Shown here in pieces: positions 10,356-20,067 of a stretch of 64,000 bases of DNA; positions within the stretch are counted from its first letter, which is position 1, and every line of letters starts with the position of its first letter. This DNA is from a virus, in IMG/VR virus record IMGVR_UViG_3300044612_000719, positions 1 through 64,000 of that record. The stretch is one strand, 5' to 3'. The position numbers were made by a program, and so were the translations under genes. The notes beneath the pieces are model-generated. The model made no database searches. It was given only the letters and a program-made list of their open reading frames with translations, and was not told where the DNA came from.

Positions 10356-11130
10356 ATAAAAGGGATGCCCAATCAAGCACGATGTTTAAGTCTCCTCCAC
10401 ACGTGGCGCACTGGGCATTCACCTCCCCAATTTCAGGGCCTGGCTGGTTGTCCAACAAGACTTTAACTAGGGCACTTCTATCTTTTAATCCAAGCCCTTT
10501 AGCCCATTCAACTGGGTTATGCATTGCTGGGTGTTCCACACAACGAGCCAACATTAAAGTGTTTTGCTCCGCCACAGTCTTAGACTTCTTTGCAACTATC
10601 TGGCTGTCTATACCATTAGGCAACCGCATTTTAACAACTGTTCCATCGCCAAGGGTGTACTCCAAAGGCAGTTTAGGGTCATGTGTTGTTTCTCGGTTTT
10701 TAAATGTGTCCATAGTGATAATCACATCATTGGATGCTTCACAAGACATGCATTGGATTTGGTACTCACGGTTATTACCGTAAGTGGCTTCAATGATCTT
10801 CAAGAAAAGAATGTCACGGTCACCAATAATTAGGTTTTCAATAACCGAAGGGTTTTCAGCAACGGTTATAGACCCTACGGATACAACAGCCCGTTTAAGC
10901 AGAAACGTCATGTACTCGGCGTACACGACGTTCCTACTATCCATAGATGCTAGGGACTCTTCATCAAAGCCATTAAGTTCACGAACCTTGGCTTCGGTTT
11001 CCCATGAATTAGTTTCTTTATTAAAAACTCCACGAATGAGTTCAACACTCGTTGTGGGGGCTTCTTTAATCTCAGGTACCTTCTCACTAAGAGCGGCATT
11101 GAGTGCGTCAGCCTGTTGCTTTTGATCCAT
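10348..11130 (-). CDS. Tail/baseplate hub assembly chaperone (T4 gp26-like) with two CxxC motifs
   Basis: VRELNGFDEE, LIIGDRDILFLKI..ATYG, CMSC and CATC; follows the tube gene. Confidence 0.75.
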   Translation of the reverse strand: MDQKQQADALNAALSEKVPEIKEAPTTSVELIRGVFNKETNSWETEAKVRELNGFDEESLASMDSRNVVYAEYMTFLLKRAVVSVGSITVAENPSVIENLIIGDRDILFLKIIEATYGNNREYQIQCMSCEASNDVIITMDTFKNRETTHDPKLPLEYTLGDGTVVKMRLPNGIDSQIVAKKSKTVAEQNTLMLARCVEHPAMHNPVEWAKGLGLKDRSALVKVLLDNQPGPEIGEVNAQCATCGGDLNIVLDWASLLFG

Positions 11131-11159
11131 CTTATTGTGCTCCTAATTTAAGTTTTTAA

Positions 11160-11801
11160 TTACTTGCTGGCGAGGTCTTCTGATCCATTCCAGTCAATGT
11201 AGAAACCTTCGTGGTGTACAGTCATTGACTGAATCAGGATACCATTGTCTCCTGCGTTCAAGTCGGTGAGAGCGTACGCACCAGGCCATGCATTGTAAAG
11301 TTTGAATTGAAACTTAACACTACCAGGAACTACAGGCTTAAGATCACCAGTTGAACCGCCATCCCATTGGTAGTTAAGTCCTGATTGACCAGCGACTTCC
11401 GAAGCCGTATGTGGGTGGTCATAAACTTTAACTAAGATGTCACAGCGATAATCGCCAGCACCATTAGCAAGTCCTGGTTCACCAGCAACACCACCACCCA
11501 ACCAAGCATGGAGGAACTTTTGCCACTGGAACAGTTGTCCTTGACCACTGAAAGCACCACGTGCAAACGAGACAGGAGCAAAGTCTGACTGTGCCACCAT
11601 CTTGTGTGGGTGGGTGTTCATTCCACCTTCACGGTATGAGATGATTTCGTTGGTTACAGAGATGCCACTTACTTGGGCAAATCCAAGTTCACCAACTTGG
11701 CTGATGTAGTTGGCAAGGTTTCCACCACCTACTTTTGGAATGATTTGCACACGAAACTTAAAGTTTCTGAGTGGATCGGTGCGAAGTGTTGTTACGGTCA
11801 T
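11160..11801 (-). CDS. Tail tube protein (T4 gp19 family)
   Basis: RTDPLRNFKFRV, GFAQVSGI, YREGG, FKLYNAWP...LNAG...VHHEG. Confidence 0.93.
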   Translation of the reverse strand: MTVTTLRTDPLRNFKFRVQIIPKVGGGNLANYISQVGELGFAQVSGISVTNEIISYREGGMNTHPHKMVAQSDFAPVSFARGAFSGQGQLFQWQKFLHAWLGGGVAGEPGLANGAGDYRCDILVKVYDHPHTASEVAGQSGLNYQWDGGSTGDLKPVVPGSVKFQFKLYNAWPGAYALTDLNAGDNGILIQSMTVHHEGFYIDWNGSEDLASK

Positions 11802-11821
11802 GTCTTAAATAACTCCTTGAA

Positions 11822-13399
11822 TTAGAGGTTTCCAGCGGAGCCGTTGCCAGCCCACTGTGTGAGGTTGATTACAACGAATTCGGCTGGGTACTGCAATGCG
11901 ACACCAACCTCAATGTTTACGTAGCCGTCTTCAATACTTGATGCTGTGTTGTTTGACGAATCGCAAATGATGTAGAACGCACTGTTGGCGTTTGCACCCT
12001 TCAAGTTTCCTTTAGCCCAGAAGTCTGTAAGAGTGCTGGACAGCGAAACTTTGATGCGATCCCATAGACGTTCGTCGTTTGGCTCAAATACTGCAAACTG
12101 TGTTTGAGCATCTAAGACAACACGGAGGTACGAAAGGGTACGGCGAATCGTGATGTACTTGTCTGGACGGTTCTTAGCCAGTGTACGAGCACCGTTAATA
12201 ACGGTTCCGCCACCTGCTACCAACTTCAAACAGTTAACGTTGTTTGTAGTATACAAAGTTCCCTGATCCGCATCTGACAACGTTGCTACCAAACCAAATA
12301 CGTTTTGCAGGTCCAAGAAGTAACCAGCAGGTGCTTTAGCAACACCACGGAGGTTCTCCGAACGCACATACGCACCAGCAATCGCTCCACCTGAATAGGT
12401 GTCACGGATAGCGGTTGGACCGCTCTTTGATGGGTCGTACATCTTCAACGCTGGGAAGTACACAGCGCCAAAGCCACCGTTACTGGTGCTGTAACCAGAG
12501 ATAGCGGTCTGTACGTCAGCCTTAGTTGTTGCTGTGAGTGCTGAGTCAATGATGACAAAAGCATCTGCACGGGCTGCCGCATAAGCCAATGCTTGGTTTA
12601 CACGAACACTGGATGTTTGACCAACAAGGTTAATCAACAATGGACCTGATACGGAATCCAAGTTGGTAACTGCTGTTGCCCACTCGGTGTCTGCACTAAC
12701 AGCACCTGGGGTAACTGCATCCGAACCACCAGTCAGTGAGAATGAAGTCGTGTAGTCGTCAACACCAATTCCTGAAACAGTAATTGTGGCGTTGCTTGCA
12801 ATTGTTGCTGGAACACCTTGCAAAGATATATATGAAGAATAAAGTTCAAGAACGGTTTTGAAGTAACGGCTTGAAGAAGCATCAAATGACAATTCTTGCC
12901 AACGTTCTACTTCAACCGAAGAACTTCCACGAGTCTGGTTAACTGTCAGTGAGAAGAGTGTAGAAGCCTGAATCTTTGGTGCTGTTGAAACATCAGCCAA
13001 AGTATTTGGATCAAATGAAATAGAAATTGAAAGACTGTCTCCCCATGCGCCCTTTGAAGCGGCTTGCAAAGTGAACATGGTTGAAGGAGCCGAAGCACCA
13101 GTCAGTGTTCCTTGGAACGTGTATGCCGATGCTACAGCGGTTGTGTCAAGTACTCGTGACACATAAGCGTCCCGACCACCGTTAGCAAAGTAATGATAAA
13201 CGGCATAACCCGTATCATAAGTTTGCGACAACTCACCAAACTTGGACTTGTAATCATTCCAAGAAGTGATAAGTGTTGGGGTAGCAGGACCACGTTCTGC
13301 GTAGCCAACAAAAGCAGCGGCAGATGTAGCGGTTCGTGGTGCGATGTTACTGGTGAATGGAGTTTCACGTACGTAAACTCCTGGGCGATCGTATGCCAT
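11822..13399 (-). CDS. Contractile tail sheath protein
   Basis: RPGVYVRE, AAFVGYAERGP, GVAKAPAG, GARTL, FAVFEPND, PAEFVVI. Confidence 0.96.
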   Translation of the reverse strand: MAYDRPGVYVRETPFTSNIAPRTATSAAAFVGYAERGPATPTLITSWNDYKSKFGELSQTYDTGYAVYHYFANGGRDAYVSRVLDTTAVASAYTFQGTLTGASAPSTMFTLQAASKGAWGDSLSISISFDPNTLADVSTAPKIQASTLFSLTVNQTRGSSSVEVERWQELSFDASSSRYFKTVLELYSSYISLQGVPATIASNATITVSGIGVDDYTTSFSLTGGSDAVTPGAVSADTEWATAVTNLDSVSGPLLINLVGQTSSVRVNQALAYAAARADAFVIIDSALTATTKADVQTAISGYSTSNGGFGAVYFPALKMYDPSKSGPTAIRDTYSGGAIAGAYVRSENLRGVAKAPAGYFLDLQNVFGLVATLSDADQGTLYTTNNVNCLKLVAGGGTVINGARTLAKNRPDKYITIRRTLSYLRVVLDAQTQFAVFEPNDERLWDRIKVSLSSTLTDFWAKGNLKGANANSAFYIICDSSNNTASSIEDGYVNIEVGVALQYPAEFVVINLTQWAGNGSAGNL

Positions 13400-13438
13400 T
13401 TTTACTCCTAAATCAGGGGTGACTTACAGGGATTCAAA

Positions 13439-14074
13439 TTAATTTGTCTGTTCAATTGTAGTTGAAACAGTACTTACTTTCTTGAGACCAATTAGTGCTG
13501 AGGTGGTAATTTCAGAGTTCATTTGTAAAGTGTATATTTTGCGGAAAATGCGCTTACGGTAGCCAGCCTCTGGGTCCAGAAGGTCGGCTGTTGACCAATC
13601 TAAAAGGTCCAATCTTCGGGACGTTCCGTCCGCCCCTATAACAATTGAACTGTATTTAAATGGCACAACGTCTGTAAGCATTTGTGCGGCTAGTTGTCGG
13701 TCGTGTAGAGCACTTCTGGTAAACGTGGAAACTTGGTATAAAAGATCTACAGGGGTAAACTCTGTAGTTCGGTAGAGGTCATTACCCGCTAGCGGAGGAG
13801 AACTAGCCGAAGAGGTACTAGGCCAGTAGTTAATATTGTTTGGGTGCCCCGCTCTATCGGTATACAAGAACGACTCAGAGTGTTGACGGTTCTTGGCGTG
13901 GATTATGTCAATTAGTTCAATAGTGATAAAAGGGTAATGCCTTTCGGTTTCCCCTTCTGGGTATCGGAAGAAGACTTGAACAGGGCGAGCGGCATCACGG
14001 TCATCTGAAACAGTCAGATTACTAAAATGAAGTTTGATGGCTTCATCTTCAGCAAGAATGAACCCTTGTTTCAT
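13439..14074 (-). CDS. Tail terminator / tail completion protein
   Basis: YPFITIELIDI...PVDLLYQVSTF pattern; immediately upstream of the sheath. Confidence 0.6.
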   Translation of the reverse strand: MKQGFILAEDEAIKLHFSNLTVSDDRDAARPVQVFFRYPEGETERHYPFITIELIDIIHAKNRQHSESFLYTDRAGHPNNINYWPSTSSASSPPLAGNDLYRTTEFTPVDLLYQVSTFTRSALHDRQLAAQMLTDVVPFKYSSIVIGADGTSRRLDLLDWSTADLLDPEAGYRKRIFRKIYTLQMNSEITTSALIGLKKVSTVSTTIEQTN

Positions 14075-14454
14075 AACTTCTCCAAGCCCTTCTTGATTTG
14101 TCGCTCAAGGACTTTTTGGATGCGGTCTGCGCCACGAACTGCTGATTTACGCAAAGTGGCTTGAGGGTTAGATGTAGGACCACCATACTCGGTTTCAACA
14201 GCCTCTTCACCTTTAGCCGTATACATAAACTTTGAGTTATCTACGTCATAGGTAACTTTAGCGGTTGCTTCAATACCTTTGTCTGCATAAGTACGTTGTA
14301 AACGATCATCCTCTTCCAACATAGCGGCGGCGATAGCACTGGCAACAATTGAAGGAAGTTCAGTAGTCTGGCGCATCAAACGGTTTAGCACGTAAGGCTC
14401 ACCTGACAAAAACGGTCTAGAACTTGATGGCGTAGGCGTATTAAAGCCATTCAT
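14071..14454 (-). CDS. Hypothetical neck-region protein
   Basis: Clean ORF in the head-tail joining block (EYG...P..LR motif). Confidence 0.5.
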   Translation of the reverse strand: MNGFNTPTPSSSRPFLSGEPYVLNRLMRQTTELPSIVASAIAAAMLEEDDRLQRTYADKGIEATAKVTYDVDNSKFMYTAKGEEAVETEYGGPTSNPQATLRKSAVRGADRIQKVLERQIKKGLEKL

Positions 14455-14516
14455 AATGCATCCTTAAGTTCTAGGCGTTGGACCTCTTGGCGCTCACCAA
14501 GATTGATTTAAGTTTA

Positions 14517-15053
14517 TCAAATACTAGGCAACGCTGTAGGCCAAGGCAGGTTTTGGACACCCATTGCTTGTGGACCTGGATCAAATGGCATTTCTTGATT
14601 TATATATACTTCAATTCCTTCAACTACTACCATTACGTCATCACGTAAACGACCACGTACACGATATGTGGCAATAGAAAAGTAACGACCGTCGTATAAG
14701 AACATATCGTTTAAGTGTTTTTGGTACTCAAAGGGGTCTGATACCCCAGCAGTCCTAAAGTCTTCAATGGACGCCACAAAGTTAGTGAGTTCCACAGGTT
14801 GGCGACCTTCAGGAATTGCTCTCTTTTGGTCTTCAGTTTCAGTAATCATCAAGGTGGGGATGACTACACCAGACTTGTATTTACGACCACCTGTTCCTAC
14901 GATGCCTTCGTCATAGACATCATCGTAGATAGAACCTGCACTGGCTGGGGTGGTAAAAGGAAGGTACTCAAACCACACCACTGACTCGCCGTAGTTCCTC
15001 GTGTATTCACGATAGTGGCGACGGATTTGGCTTACTTCACGCCGAAGATCCAT
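14517..15053 (-). CDS. Head closure / head-tail joining protein
   Basis: GESVVWFEY...YDDVYDEG...D.FLYDGRYFSI pattern; synteny. Confidence 0.55.
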   Translation of the reverse strand: MDLRREVSQIRRHYREYTRNYGESVVWFEYLPFTTPASAGSIYDDVYDEGIVGTGGRKYKSGVVIPTLMITETEDQKRAIPEGRQPVELTNFVASIEDFRTAGVSDPFEYQKHLNDMFLYDGRYFSIATYRVRGRLRDDVMVVVEGIEVYINQEMPFDPGPQAMGVQNLPWPTALPSI

Positions 15054-15865
15054 TAAAAATACGTATTGTTGACGTAGCCTTGTTGAGGCTCCATGTCCAC
15101 ATATACGTCCTCACGCAGGTTGTCAATTGGGGCTTCTTCCAACTGGATAACTTCTTTATCGGCATTTGGAAACACACGTTCGTGTGGACCGTAGTCGCCA
15201 AGTTCCCTAGACTTAAATATTGGGACGTAGCGGTTAGTTGTGCGGGAAACACGACGCAGATTAAATATTTCAATTCTGTCAACACCAATGTTGAGAGAAC
15301 GAGCCTGCGTCTCATATTGGTTGGTCCAGTACGCAAGAAGGCTTTGCACCATTCGGAAACGCTGGCTGGCTGGGATGTGAATAGATTCTGAGGTCATGAC
15401 GTCAATATCACGACTGAACTCAGACATCAAAGCACCAAGGGCTTCCACGATGGTTCCAATGCCAATAGTCTCAATAATTAATTTAGCCATGTTTTCAAGA
15501 GGTATCTCAAGACTAAATGTGTGCTGAGAGATAGCCTGCTTGGCGTAGAACTCAAGGTCTTGCGGGGAAACCCATTCGTAATGGTATCCCTCAATCATGA
15601 TCTTGGCGTTAGAGGCAGGGGTGCTAGCCAATCGTAAAATACCGTTACGGCTGTCTAGTGAGTACTGAGCAGTGGTCAGTTCACTTACTGAAGCACCTAC
15701 ATTACTAGCAATCCATAGTGTGTCAGGAGAAATGTTAGGGTGACCTAACTCATAGGTGCGACCTACAGCATCAAAAGAAACTTGAAAGAACTTAGGAAAG
15801 TCCCGCAGGTATGTCCGTGCTACTTCTGTAACTTCATCAAGGATCTGTTGGGAGTAGATAGACAT
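15053..15865 (-). CDS. Head-tail adaptor (neck) protein
   Basis: Synteny after capsid-associated genes; leaderless TAAACT promoter 6 nt before ATG. Confidence 0.5.
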   Translation of the reverse strand: MSIYSQQILDEVTEVARTYLRDFPKFFQVSFDAVGRTYELGHPNISPDTLWIASNVGASVSELTTAQYSLDSRNGILRLASTPASNAKIMIEGYHYEWVSPQDLEFYAKQAISQHTFSLEIPLENMAKLIIETIGIGTIVEALGALMSEFSRDIDVMTSESIHIPASQRFRMVQSLLAYWTNQYETQARSLNIGVDRIEIFNLRRVSRTTNRYVPIFKSRELGDYGPHERVFPNADKEVIQLEEAPIDNLREDVYVDMEPQQGYVNNTYF

Positions 15866-15884
15866 GCTTACAGTTTACTTCAAA

Positions 15885-16040
15885 TTACTGATCTCCTGAG
15901 CCAGCCCCAGGAACAGTGTCACGTGTTGGCTGATTTACTTCTGGTTGGGTTTCTCTGTGACGGTGGGACATAGTCCCACGAATACGGGTTATGTCCGCTA
16001 CGGTTCCTGTTGGTTTAGGAATAGGACGTTCTGTGGTCAT
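15885..16040 (-). CDS. Small hypothetical protein (51 aa, MTTERPIPKP...)
   Basis: Read by hand; ATGA overlap with upstream stop; fills the gap. Confidence 0.55.
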   Translation of the reverse strand: MTTERPIPKPTGTVADITRIRGTMSHRHRETQPEVNQPTRDTVPGAGSGDQ

Positions 16041-16351
16041 TGAAACCCACCTTCTGCTTTAGCCCTTTGGTAACTAGCCCAAGGACCATTAATAAAGTTA
16101 TTAAACATAAAAGCCGAATTCATGTAGGCATTAAGAGATGGGGACATGTGAGACATCCCGTCCTCAAAGGCTTCACACAAGTTTTCAATAGACAAACGTA
16201 AGTTTTCTGTAATGTGCTTTTTAACGGCTGGTATGAAATTTGGGTCAGACTCAGCAAGTTCAATTAATAAGTGAGGTTCTTGTACGGTGATGTATTGGGC
16301 ACCTCGTTTAATTAGAGGGCCATTTAACGTTGCAATTAATTCATATTCCAT
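16037..16351 (-). CDS. Hypothetical protein
   Basis: ORF track; tightly packed in the operon. Confidence 0.6.
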   Translation of the reverse strand: MEYELIATLNGPLIKRGAQYITVQEPHLLIELAESDPNFIPAVKKHITENLRLSIENLCEAFEDGMSHMSPSLNAYMNSAFMFNNFINGPWASYQRAKAEGGFQ

Positions 16352-16355
16352 GTTG

Positions 16356-16511
16356 TTACCATTTTCCTATCGGGCATTTTGACCCTCTTAGTTGTGCTTT
16401 TACTTTCATGAAACAACCACACTCTTTACATGTCATGGTTGGTGCGAATAAACGAGGGCACTCACGACAAATGTCCAGGCGCTGTTCTGGGGTAAGTTCT
16501 TGTGGACTCAT
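16356..16511 (-). CDS. Small Cys-rich protein (DUF6171-like; RLDICRECP...CKECGCFM..K....SKCPIGKW)
   Basis: Read by hand; characteristic six-Cys pattern ending CPxGKW; ATGA overlap. Confidence 0.8.
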   Translation of the reverse strand: MSPQELTPEQRLDICRECPRLFAPTMTCKECGCFMKVKAQLRGSKCPIGKW

Positions 16512-17440
16512 ACAGGAGAGTATATAAACCTTTCCACCCCTGTTGACGCCGTACCTGAAGTAATTGGCGCCAAGATAACCCCATGTCGTTTTCCTGTTAT
16601 AGGACTGGATGGAGTGTTAGTTAAAGTTTGAGGAGTAGCCCCACCATTCATTTGAGCAGTTGCTGTAATAGTCCCAGCCTTGGAAGCGGTTACTTGTACA
16701 TATCCAATAGTAGATGTAGCCGTTGTAGTGGTTTCAATAACCTTTGAATCCACCTGTGAAACTACTCCAGAAACTGATTTTATTAATCTAATAGAGTAAG
16801 AGTATTGTGCGGTTGCCGCATAGGTAGCACCTGTAATAGTACTGACAATAGGATAAGGAGTACAAGTAGACGAGGCTGATCCTAAATGATTCAGTGTTAA
16901 TGCTGTGCAATAAAAAGTCTCAAGACTATCACCACCAAAACAAGGTCCAGGAGATTGGCAAAAATCAGGGACATACGAAGTGCCAGAAGGGCAACCGTAT
17001 GCATAACACTCAGTTCCAGACAACGTAGTGCCAGCAGGACACGAATAAACACAAGAAAGACCATAATCCGTTTGTGTTGTGTCTGGTTTTTTACAGTTAG
17101 TACCAGTCAATGTGTCGTTAACTGAATCACAAATGTATCCAAAAGTTCTATCTGTCACCACAGCCCACCAGTTATCTGCATCCCTAACCCAAAAACCCAC
17201 GCCCCATCCATGGGTCCCTGCGGTTCCAAAATCAACACGAACATTTACACCGATAGTGTTGGCGTTAAATGTAGCAAGAGGGTACGAGGAAGCCGCTGTT
17301 GCTGTGTATGCTTTATCAGAAAGCACCGACCATGAACCACGTGTACTCGTCCAGCGTTGTGCTAACGAACCTGTTCCTGAGAACTCGTCTGTGAATGCAC
17401 GAGTTGCTGCAACTGCGGAATCTACAATTCCTGGAATCAT
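16508..17440 (-). CDS. Cys-rich lectin-like fibre tip protein
   Basis: Beta-rich domain interrupted by YSCPAGTTLSGTECY-type Cys repeats; follows a fibre gene. Confidence 0.5.
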   Translation of the reverse strand: MIPGIVDSAVAATRAFTDEFSGTGSLAQRWTSTRGSWSVLSDKAYTATAASSYPLATFNANTIGVNVRVDFGTAGTHGWGVGFWVRDADNWWAVVTDRTFGYICDSVNDTLTGTNCKKPDTTQTDYGLSCVYSCPAGTTLSGTECYAYGCPSGTSYVPDFCQSPGPCFGGDSLETFYCTALTLNHLGSASSTCTPYPIVSTITGATYAATAQYSYSIRLIKSVSGVVSQVDSKVIETTTTATSTIGYVQVTASKAGTITATAQMNGGATPQTLTNTPSSPITGKRHGVILAPITSGTASTGVERFIYSPV

Positions 17441-17443
17441 AGA

Positions 17444-18610
17444 TTAATCCGTAAGGTTTCCGATAGCCACCCAACTATTAGGACCACGCTTAATCAAAGT
17501 GCATGCCGCCCATTGGCTAAGAAGTTTACGCTTACCACTATCTGTGTTTAAGGTAACTCCTGATGTTGGAACCAGTGTTACTTGTCCCGCACCTGTTTGG
17601 ATGATATCTATGCGATCTCCAGTAGTAAACGCTACTGAGTCGGTAGGAATGGTGAGGTTGCATGACGAACCACTAGACACTTCAACCAACTTGCCCAGGT
17701 CACTTAACACCAAAGTGTATGAACCAGCCACCGCATTAATAGTTGAGTTATAACCTGCACGAGGGGTTCCTGATCCTAGTTTGGCTTGCGTGATTGCACT
17801 GTCTGTAATTTGTGTAGTTCCAACAGTGCCAGCGTTAATATTTGCACCAGCAAGGCTTGTTAGTGCTGCACCAGAACCAGTAAATGAAGTTGCTGTAATA
17901 GCACCTGCGGTGAAGTTACCACTACCGTCACGTTGAACAATGGTGTTAGCCGTGTTGGCTGAAGCCATCGCTACATAAGTAGCAAGGTTGGTCCATGTTG
18001 ACGCACCAGTCTTTACATAGACCTGTGACTGCCCACTATTAGCGTTTGTGGTGCTTGTAACGTAAGTGTCACCTAAAACACCAGTTCCAGATGCTGGAAC
18101 ACCTGAAGCCAGACGGGCAAGCGTTGACGAGTTATACGTACGCTTGTCTACAACTAACGCCGTTGTGTATGTGCTGTTGAAGTTATTCTTTACATACACA
18201 GCGTATAACGGCATTTGACTTTCAGAGATAGTTGGGAAGATAGGGTTAGTTGAACTAGCCGTTCCTTGTACTACTGCATACTGAAAAGTACCTGAGTTGT
18301 TATAGGCAACAATAAGGTCAAAGCGTGAATCGGTGTTAGTTGGGGCAGACGGGATAATAACCGTGCTACCTGTAATAGAACCATAAACACCGTCAATACG
18401 CACTTCAGAAGTGGTGAGGACAACGTTTAGGTAAGCAGGCGTGGCGTTACCAGCCGCACTGGATACGGACGATACATCAGCACCACTGACTACGCCTGAG
18501 CGATGATCAGCAATACTTGAAAAGTCAAGCGAGTCTGGCTCGGCTTGATCTAATGAGGCGATTGTCCCAGATGCGTAATCAGTTGCGTTCGGGACTGTAA
18601 AGCCTGCCAT
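17444..18610 (-). CDS. Virion fibre protein (head or collar associated)
   Basis: RFDLIVAY..VVQGT..P anchor, TANTIVQRDGSGNF repeat, C-terminal YTLVLSD...WVAIGNL domain. Confidence 0.6.
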   Translation of the reverse strand: MAGFTVPNATDYASGTIASLDQAEPDSLDFSSIADHRSGVVSGADVSSVSSAAGNATPAYLNVVLTTSEVRIDGVYGSITGSTVIIPSAPTNTDSRFDLIVAYNNSGTFQYAVVQGTASSTNPIFPTISESQMPLYAVYVKNNFNSTYTTALVVDKRTYNSSTLARLASGVPASGTGVLGDTYVTSTTNANSGQSQVYVKTGASTWTNLATYVAMASANTANTIVQRDGSGNFTAGAITATSFTGSGAALTSLAGANINAGTVGTTQITDSAITQAKLGSGTPRAGYNSTINAVAGSYTLVLSDLGKLVEVSSGSSCNLTIPTDSVAFTTGDRIDIIQTGAGQVTLVPTSGVTLNTDSGKRKLLSQWAACTLIKRGPNSWVAIGNLTD

Positions 18611-18618
18611 TGGTTACC

Positions 18619-18861
18619 TCACAAAGTGTCGTAGATGTTTCCGCTGTTCTTTAAATAATTGTAGAGGTCACGAGGGATCGTGTAGCGGTTACCATCTTCA
18701 AAATTAAATACTTGCTGTCCCCAGAACATCGTCCAAGTTCCCTTCACACGGGCTTGAATAGTGTCACTGTTAACTACAAGTGGCTGTACTTCTACAGCGG
18801 GTGTTTCTTCTTCAGTTGTTTCCACAACTTCAGCAAATTGATTGGCTTTTTTGGTTGGCAT
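18619..18861 (-). CDS. Small capsid-adjacent protein
   Basis: Directly downstream of the major capsid gene; AGGAG SD. Confidence 0.55.
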   Translation of the reverse strand: MPTKKANQFAEVVETTEEETPAVEVQPLVVNSDTIQARVKGTWTMFWGQQVFNFEDGNRYTIPRDLYNYLKNSGNIYDTL

Positions 18862-18896
18862 AACTGTCTCCTAATTGTTTAAGTTACATACGAGAT

Positions 18897-18923
18897 AAAG
18901 GGCGGGGTTTCCCCCGCCCTTAC
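18897..18923 (-). terminator. GC-rich GAAA-loop hairpin downstream of the major capsid gene (terminator or stabilising hairpin)
   Basis: Minus strand AAGGGCGGGG-GAAA-CCCCGCCCTT followed by a short T-rich tail. Confidence 0.6.
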
Positions 18924-18949
18924 ACTCTACTTCATTTTTCTTCTAAAGA

Positions 18950-20029
18950 TTAGAAGTTGGAGTCAATTGCTCCACCCTTGGTGTTGATAAGCACACGGGA
19001 TTCATGGGTGATAACACCAAAGCCCCAAATTGCGTACCAAGCCAAGCCGTGCTCACGACCGAAGTCAATTACGCCACCGTCACGGAGTTCAACTGGCAAG
19101 GCGATTGCCTGACCAAATGCGTTGTCACCGATCATCATTGCGCTGTACGAGGTTGACGTTGGGTCGTTGATTGAACCGCCTGGGGTTACGTCAACGATTC
19201 CAGTGCCACCCTGAAGTACTTGAGTGGTTTCAATGAAAACTACGTCGTAGATACGACCGATTTCACCGAGCATGAAGTTGCCAGGAGCGGCATACTTCGT
19301 GACTTCAATGAATTCAGGCCAGTCACGGAGCGCACGGCTCTGTGATGGGTGAACGAAGCACACGTAAGTGTCGCCAAGGCGTGGGATGTTCTGACCTGCG
19401 AGAATTTCAACAGCGTCCTTGATGGTTGCTGGTGAGAGGTAGCCAGGAGCCGAAGCCGAACCTGCTGCCGAGTACTCGTAAGGAGCGATTGAGCCACGGG
19501 TTGAGCCGTTGGTCTTACGACCGAAGACTACCGATGGAGCAACTGCTGAACCGCCACCGAAAGGAACGCCTGGGGCGTACAGCGTGTTGCGTGCCTGAAC
19601 GTCCATGGACTGTGCCATGTGACGACCGAGCAAGCGGCTGGACGATGCCATAACGTCATCAAACGATGCGTTCAAGAGAAGTTCGGTTACTGCAACCGAC
19701 TTACCTTGTTCTTTAACGGTGATTTGGATCTGCGATGCAGTCAAAGCGACTGGGTCCATGCGGGTACCTTCGGTCAATTCTGAACCGTTGGCGCCAACTG
19801 CGATGTTGTTGTAACGCATGAAGTTGACGGTGAGACCTGGCATAACGCCGAGTTCCGTCTTCTTTACTGCGAACTGTTCAAATCGCAATACTGGCATTGC
19901 TTGGAACAAGATTTCCTTGGACCAGATTTGCTGAATTGCAGGTGATAGTGCTGAAGAAGAGTTGTAGCCAGTTGCGCTAATGCTAGCGGTGCTGGTTACT
20001 GCTCCACTTGTTGGGGCTGGAAAAGCCAT
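18950..20029 (-). CDS. Major capsid protein, N4-gp56 family
   Basis: WSKEILFQAMPVLRFEQFA, LTEG, YVCFVHP, GEIGRIYDVVFIET, DFGREHGLAWY. Confidence 0.93.
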   Translation of the reverse strand: MAFPAPTSGAVTSTASISATGYNSSSALSPAIQQIWSKEILFQAMPVLRFEQFAVKKTELGVMPGLTVNFMRYNNIAVGANGSELTEGTRMDPVALTASQIQITVKEQGKSVAVTELLLNASFDDVMASSSRLLGRHMAQSMDVQARNTLYAPGVPFGGGSAVAPSVVFGRKTNGSTRGSIAPYEYSAAGSASAPGYLSPATIKDAVEILAGQNIPRLGDTYVCFVHPSQSRALRDWPEFIEVTKYAAPGNFMLGEIGRIYDVVFIETTQVLQGGTGIVDVTPGGSINDPTSTSYSAMMIGDNAFGQAIALPVELRDGGVIDFGREHGLAWYAIWGFGVITHESRVLINTKGGAIDSNF

Positions 20030-20067
20030 GTTCTAATCCTCCTAGGATTAAGTGTTGATTTTAGGTT

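Noticed and set aside
621-14074. Stand-alone extracellular contractile injection system or tailocin
   Set aside because: Capsid, scaffold, portal and terminase are contiguous with the tail genes, so this is a phage.
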